From Neoechinorhynchus agilis (Eukaryota; Animalia; Acanthocephala): a stretch of DNA of 64,000 nucleotides. Positions within the stretch are counted from its first letter, which is position 1. Each line of letters begins with the position of its first letter. The position numbers and the translations under genes are program-made. The stretch covers positions 2,260,638 through 2,324,637 of the forward strand of contig CM121341.1 of assembly GCA_051530055.1 (NCBI GenBank). Reading direction: 5' to 3'. Under the pieces are notes generated by a model that saw only the letters and a program-made list of their open reading frames with translations, searched no databases and was not told the origin of the DNA. This document shows, piece after piece, positions 59,378 through 64,000 of this stretch.

Positions 59378-60055
59378 ATGTTCGAGTTTGAAATGACTCA
59401 TTTTTATCGACTTTCAAAGGAAGAAATTTTAAAGGAAATGAGAAGAGGAAAACGTGGACATGTCAAGGATCTCATTCGACTTGGAAAAGAAATGCTACAG
59501 CCTTCTGTGTTTAAAGATTACTTAAAAATATTTTCAAAGCTTGATCCAGCAAACAGTGAAAAAATAACAGCAAAGTCATTTTACCAAGCATTGAGAAAAC
59601 AAGGCTCCAGGGTGTCAGAAGAAGATGTAGCGGATAATTTCAAAGCAATCAGTTGTAATGGCGAGCCTGCTATTGATTTTGAGGAATTCATTGCTTTACA
59701 AGTTGACTACGAGAGGGTCTACGGCGAGGATCGTAAATTAAGGGAAGGTTTCTCAGTATTGGACTATAATGGTGATGGATTTATCGAGTTAGATGATCTC
59801 AAAAATTGGATGTTTGAGAACCTTCAGTCTAGCCAATTAGATGACGAGGATCTTAGAGCTATGATAAGAGTGGCTACTTCAAATCGTGGCAACAAAGTCT
59901 CATTCCGAGAGTTTGAGGCCATGATGAAAAGTCATCCTTCGAGGTTGGACAATATAAAGCAACATACAATACGAGAACGAGAACCATCGCATATTGCTAT
60001 TGATTCGGATATTATTGGTAGAAGAACTACACGCATGACAAAAAATAAAATCTAG
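59378..60055 (+). CDS. Divergent calmodulin-like protein with N- and C-terminal extensions
   Basis: FSKLD..., IDFEEFIAL, LREGFSVLDYNGDGFIELDDL, KVSFREFEAMM; only EF3 looks near-canonical. First ATG at 59378. Confidence 0.8.
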   Translation: MFEFEMTHFYRLSKEEILKEMRRGKRGHVKDLIRLGKEMLQPSVFKDYLKIFSKLDPANSEKITAKSFYQALRKQGSRVSEEDVADNFKAISCNGEPAIDFEEFIALQVDYERVYGEDRKLREGFSVLDYNGDGFIELDDLKNWMFENLQSSQLDDEDLRAMIRVATSNRGNKVSFREFEAMMKSHPSRLDNIKQHTIREREPSHIAIDSDIIGRRTTRMTKNKI

Positions 60056-60559
60056 AGATAAATCAACCTGACAGTGATCGTTATAGTCGAATTCATATTT
60101 TAACTGATTGAATCACTCATTATCAATTCAAATCAAAAAAAATAAGCACCAAAGGTCAAGCCGACAAAAGGTAATTGGGGTGAAAACGTTGATTTGTTCC
60201 CTTCCATATCGTATTGGTCATTTCAATGTCGACATTCTTTAGTAAATCGATATCCCTCACAGAGAACTTCGGTTTTATCGAACCCAATTAAGTGTGGGTT
60301 CGGTTTACATGGATAATAAAGTTGTATTCACCGAGACGGATTTCTTTGGATAGCGCATTTACCTACGAATGCCATCTCACTGTCGTTGCAGCATACAACA
60401 TCCAAAATAGTTTTAGCTGTGGTTTGGGTTTAAAGATGCCCGTGATAATCAGGGTTCTCTGGTAGATGGATTCAACTCCGTTTATCGTGTATTTCTAAAG
60501 TCTTATGATCTCGTCGATGCGCCGTGTCGATGTTTTAAGACTTACATTAGCCGATTTCT

Positions 60560-60900
60560 ACATGTCTAACGGGGGAGATAAAATCGTGGCGATACATCGA
60601 CGACGTTTTCTGCATGTTCAAACTTAATCCTAGACTCCTTCCACTCACGCATCTATTCAACAAAAAAGATAAGACAATTCAATGGTCCATCTTTTACGAA
60701 GACAAAATTAAGACGATAAGTTTCCTCGACGTTTGTGTAATGAGAACAAGTCGTCAAGTAAGCACTTATACCGAAAACCTGAAATCTGTTGGAAAAGCGC
60801 ATCGTTTAAAATCAACTCGCCTCAAGCCTTTAAAACAAACACTGCCTTTATTTTGGAGAGCTATCAAAGTCTGAAATATTGATCATGAGAGAAACCTTGA
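60560..60900 (+). mobile_element. Penelope-like RT remnant
   Basis: WRYIDDVFCM...SFLDVCV...TY. Confidence 0.65.
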
Positions 60901-60916
60901 GATCGATAATACTGCA

Positions 60917-61155
60917 ATACTTTCTTTTTCTTAGTTATACACACCCGGAAGTAAATTCCTTGATTCATTTCCCCGATATTTCGTCGGATAATTCCGACAT
61001 TATCAAGACGTATCATTGTTTGTAAGTTTATATGTGCGTTCGTCTGTTACAAGCAATGACAAACCTTGATAATGTCGGAATTATCCGACGAAATATCGGG
61101 GAAATAAATCTAGGAATTTACATCCGGGTGTGTATAACTAAGAAAAAGAAAGTAT
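60917..61155. mobile_element. Near-perfect palindromic MITE, 239 bp
   Basis: atactttctttttcttagttatacacacccgg / ccgggtgtgtataactaagaaaaagaaagtat plus inner arms ccgatatttcgtcggataattccgaca; possible TA target duplication. Confidence 0.8.
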
Positions 61156-61554
61156 ATTTCCCCCGACGATAATAATCCAAGATATCTGTAATATGTTGAA
61201 AAGGAGGGACTACTGGATTCAGTCTTATAAGAAAGAGCGGTTACCCGATAAACAAATCCGCGTTTTTTATCGATGGATTTCACATGATATTTAATGATCA
61301 AGTAAAAGCGATAGAGCGTATGAAGAATTTCGCGTTGTATGGATTTAATCCCGACGAAACCCAACCTTCTCCTTAAAAAAAGAAAGCTTCACTAATTTTC
61401 GTTAGTGAGCATCTGATTCTCAAAGGTTTTCAGACTTCGCCTTAATGCTCATTAATGAAAGATTGACGGATTTAAGGGTTGCATCTTTATACGTTCCTGG
61501 AATTCACGGGTGTTGTCAGTCGTTGGATATAAATATCTTTTTGTTTTTTCCATA

Positions 61555-63110
61555 AACGATAAATGTATTCAATCAATCTTCATCTCTCGACAATTAACAC
61601 ACTCACCACCTCCCGCCGAATTCCAGCTTTTGTCCTTACTCGACCGTCGCCATCACGCTGGCAGCATTGCCCGTTGTACTGCTAGCGAGATATTTTGTCG
61701 AAGGAATACGCCTGCTCTTGAGTCTCCGGTTGCCTCTCTCAATTTCTTCGAGAGATCCTGGAGCAGAGAGAGTGCCGAGCTGCCGAGCTGCCGAGCGCTC
61801 CATACGTCTCTACCCCAAAGGGGACAAAGTAGTGAGCCCTCTATAAGTGAAGATATTTCCGTATTTTCCTCCCTTCCGCTGCACTGGCGGCACCACCGGC
61901 GATTTCGAGGGAGTAGGGGATGTTGCTGGCTGCGAGGGTATCCACACACGTGGCGTCCCAGAGAAGGCATTTGCCCTCCCGCCACGGGAAGACCGAAATT
62001 CCATCGGGCCTACGGCCGTCTAGTCGACAAAGGTGGGCGGGTTCCAGGATGTTCGGGAAGTTCGCCGTTCTCAACGCCCCAGAAATTGCGTTATTGATAT
62101 CAGAATGGCGTGAGAACCTTCCTCCTGGCCTTCTGCAGACGAGACCGTGTCGCCCGAAAGCATCAACCAAAGACCCACATCGACAGCGATGGGGCGTGCA
62201 TATCGGGAGACCAAGTCTTAAGGATACTGCGATCCTCGTTACCTCGTCAGTAAGAAGAGTTCCCACTGATGCCAGAGGAACAGCCTCCAATCACGCCCCA
62301 GATTCTCGTGTTGAAACTGCCACCAGTCTACCTCGGACGACCCCATCGCGAGAACCTGAAAGTAGAGAGCTGTGAGCTCTCGCGACAAGAGGTCCGTCCC
62401 AGATCGACTGTCTGAGGCCATTCACGGGAACATGGTTAGCGCCTGTCTCCTGGCACCATTCCTCAACCGCCACCACGAAATCCCGGTCAAGACAGAACTT
62501 TTCCTTCAAAATGTTCTTCGAGACTGGTGGGCTCCCCTCAAACGATCCAAGAAAGGCCGGCAAAGCAAGGTCGACTAGTGCCCGAATTCCCAATCCCCCA
62601 GATGACACAGGCAAAGAAGCTTGTCGCCACGCCTCATCTTAGAGCTGGACATTTAAAATACGCTCGAAGCATGCCCTCACCTTATTGTCCAGCTTTGCCA
62701 ATCCTTTTTTGTGTTTGAAAAATGTTGCTGTGCGAACCTTGTACAATAATTTGGGGATGAAGAGCGCGTTCTTTATGAGAAACAAGGCTTCATGAGCCGA
62801 GAGAGCGCACACCCTATCGCCCAGCAGCGAAAGTTTCGGTATGATATGGCCGATCTCATCTTCCACATTTGAATCGAAGACGCAACTGCCCAGGAGGCTG
62901 AGTTGTTCCCGATTCACGAGTTTCAGGCCTGTAGCTACGGCCTCGAACCCAGCCATTGGTTCTTTGACTTTGGCGGCGCCTCCAATATTCAGTACAACCC
63001 GAACACTCAAGTTCCTTAAAGATCCTATTTTGCACTTCACGCGCTACAACTCGCCTCCACACCCACGCACATACACTCACTATGATTAGGAACACGCTCT
63101 CCTCTCGCAA
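61555..63110 (-). mobile_element. Longest CRE-clade copy (RT end, CCHC, RLE, 3' UTR), with stops
   Basis: ORFs 62639-63040, 62291-62614 and 61841-62290 give LGS..., AHEALFLIKN, LPVSSGGLGIR, CRCG...HGLVC, RPDG...WDATCVDT. Confidence 0.92.
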
Positions 63111-63178
63111 ACTGAGCTTTTGTATAGATTATTATAAGTGATTGCTGTCAACAGTAGTAGCAATGGTTATGGTGCCGA

Positions 63179-64000
63179 TTATTGTTGTTGTTGCTTCTGA
63201 GTCTGATTGGTAGTTGCGGATGGCATTCCTGCCGTTGCGGCTGTACTTGTTCCAGTGGTTTGCCCAGAACTAGTACTAATGTTCCCGGGCATTCTAGATG
63301 CACTTCTATTCAGATTCAGAAAAATACTTTCGATTTCGGGCAGCCACCGAATAAAATTGTTTTGCCAAAGTTGATAGTTCGAGTTTCGAATAAGTTCAAT
63401 AAATGTGAGCATAAGACCCCAAGGATGAGGTCGACTCACTAGCAACCGTTCAGTCAGCACGCGAGTAACGATTTCCGATAACAGTGGCTGTTGACTTGTT
63501 TGACCGTGTTGATAGATATGAAGCATTAATGAACTGAAAAATTGAGTCGGTCCGTTCGGATACCTGAGTTGGTTAGCAATCACCGTTAAAAGAATATAAG
63601 TGCCTTCGTCATCTAATGTCTCACTGAGTCGGACTAGAAGTCCAGCTTGAGGCGATTGACTCGCTGTTTCTGGTGTTATTGTCTTCGATGTCTCGATGTC
63701 TTTTAAAAAAGTGACACCGGCGTGCTGGACCATAGCCGATAATAGTCGAAGATTATACGGTTGTTCTGAACATCTTTCTTGATCGTTCGGGTCAGGGTGG
63801 AAGCGTAGATTTTGTTTTATTCGACCGAGAATTTCATTTCGTTGATCTGGACGTGAAAAGAAAGTTTCAATGTCGCATTTGAGTGACTCGGGCTGTATGT
63901 CATGCATGTAAGCAAACGACGACGGTTCAAATGGTTGTACGATTAAATCCAGTTTTATGGGATCCGCACAAGGGTCTGGTGGTGGCATTTGTCGGAAATA
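63179..64000 (-). CDS. CNOT1: CCR4-NOT scaffold subunit 1, C-terminal Not1 domain; gene continues past the window edge
   Basis: IANQLRYPN..T.FFS, TRVLTERLLVSRPHPWGLMLTFIELIRN..Y.LW...F....PEIE; frame open to 64000. Confidence 0.95.
   Translation of the reverse strand, partial: YFRQMPPPDPCADPIKLDLIVQPFEPSSFAYMHDIQPESLKCDIETFFSRPDQRNEILGRIKQNLRFHPDPNDQERCSEQPYNLRLLSAMVQHAGVTFLKDIETSKTITPETASQSPQAGLLVRLSETLDDEGTYILLTVIANQLRYPNGPTQFFSSLMLHIYQHGQTSQQPLLSEIVTRVLTERLLVSRPHPWGLMLTFIELIRNSNYQLWQNNFIRWLPEIESIFLNLNRSASRMPGNISTSSGQTTGTSTAATAGMPSATTNQTQKQQQQ

Overview
Eukaryotic, probably animal, AT-rich genomic DNA with tiny introns (41-57 bp) and very dense transposon debris. Genes supported by the sequence: a FoxO-like factor, a divergent VDAC (two copies), a myristoylated NCS-like EF-hand protein with a long Q/P/Y insertion, a 4-TM claudin/PMP22-like gene (two copies), FARSA, a typical 2-Cys peroxiredoxin, two calmodulin-like genes, an 867-aa protein with seven CX2CX16CX2C GATA-like fingers, and the 3' end of CNOT1. 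The main structure is a pair of nested inverted duplications. The outer arms (about 4580-11019 and 49989-56770) carry VDAC and two satellites; the inner arms (about 17676-19190 and 31420-33288) carry the claudin-like gene. The inner breakpoints of the outer arms fall in a recurring palindromic element built from two head-to-head Penelope terminal repeats, each with a minimal hammerhead-ribozyme-like core. Several satellites are present (about 169, 203, 238, 247, 325 and 578 bp units); the 325 and 578 bp units are visibly derived from transposon pieces. All calls are from reading the sequence by eye; identities are estimates, and the taxon cannot be fixed from this window.
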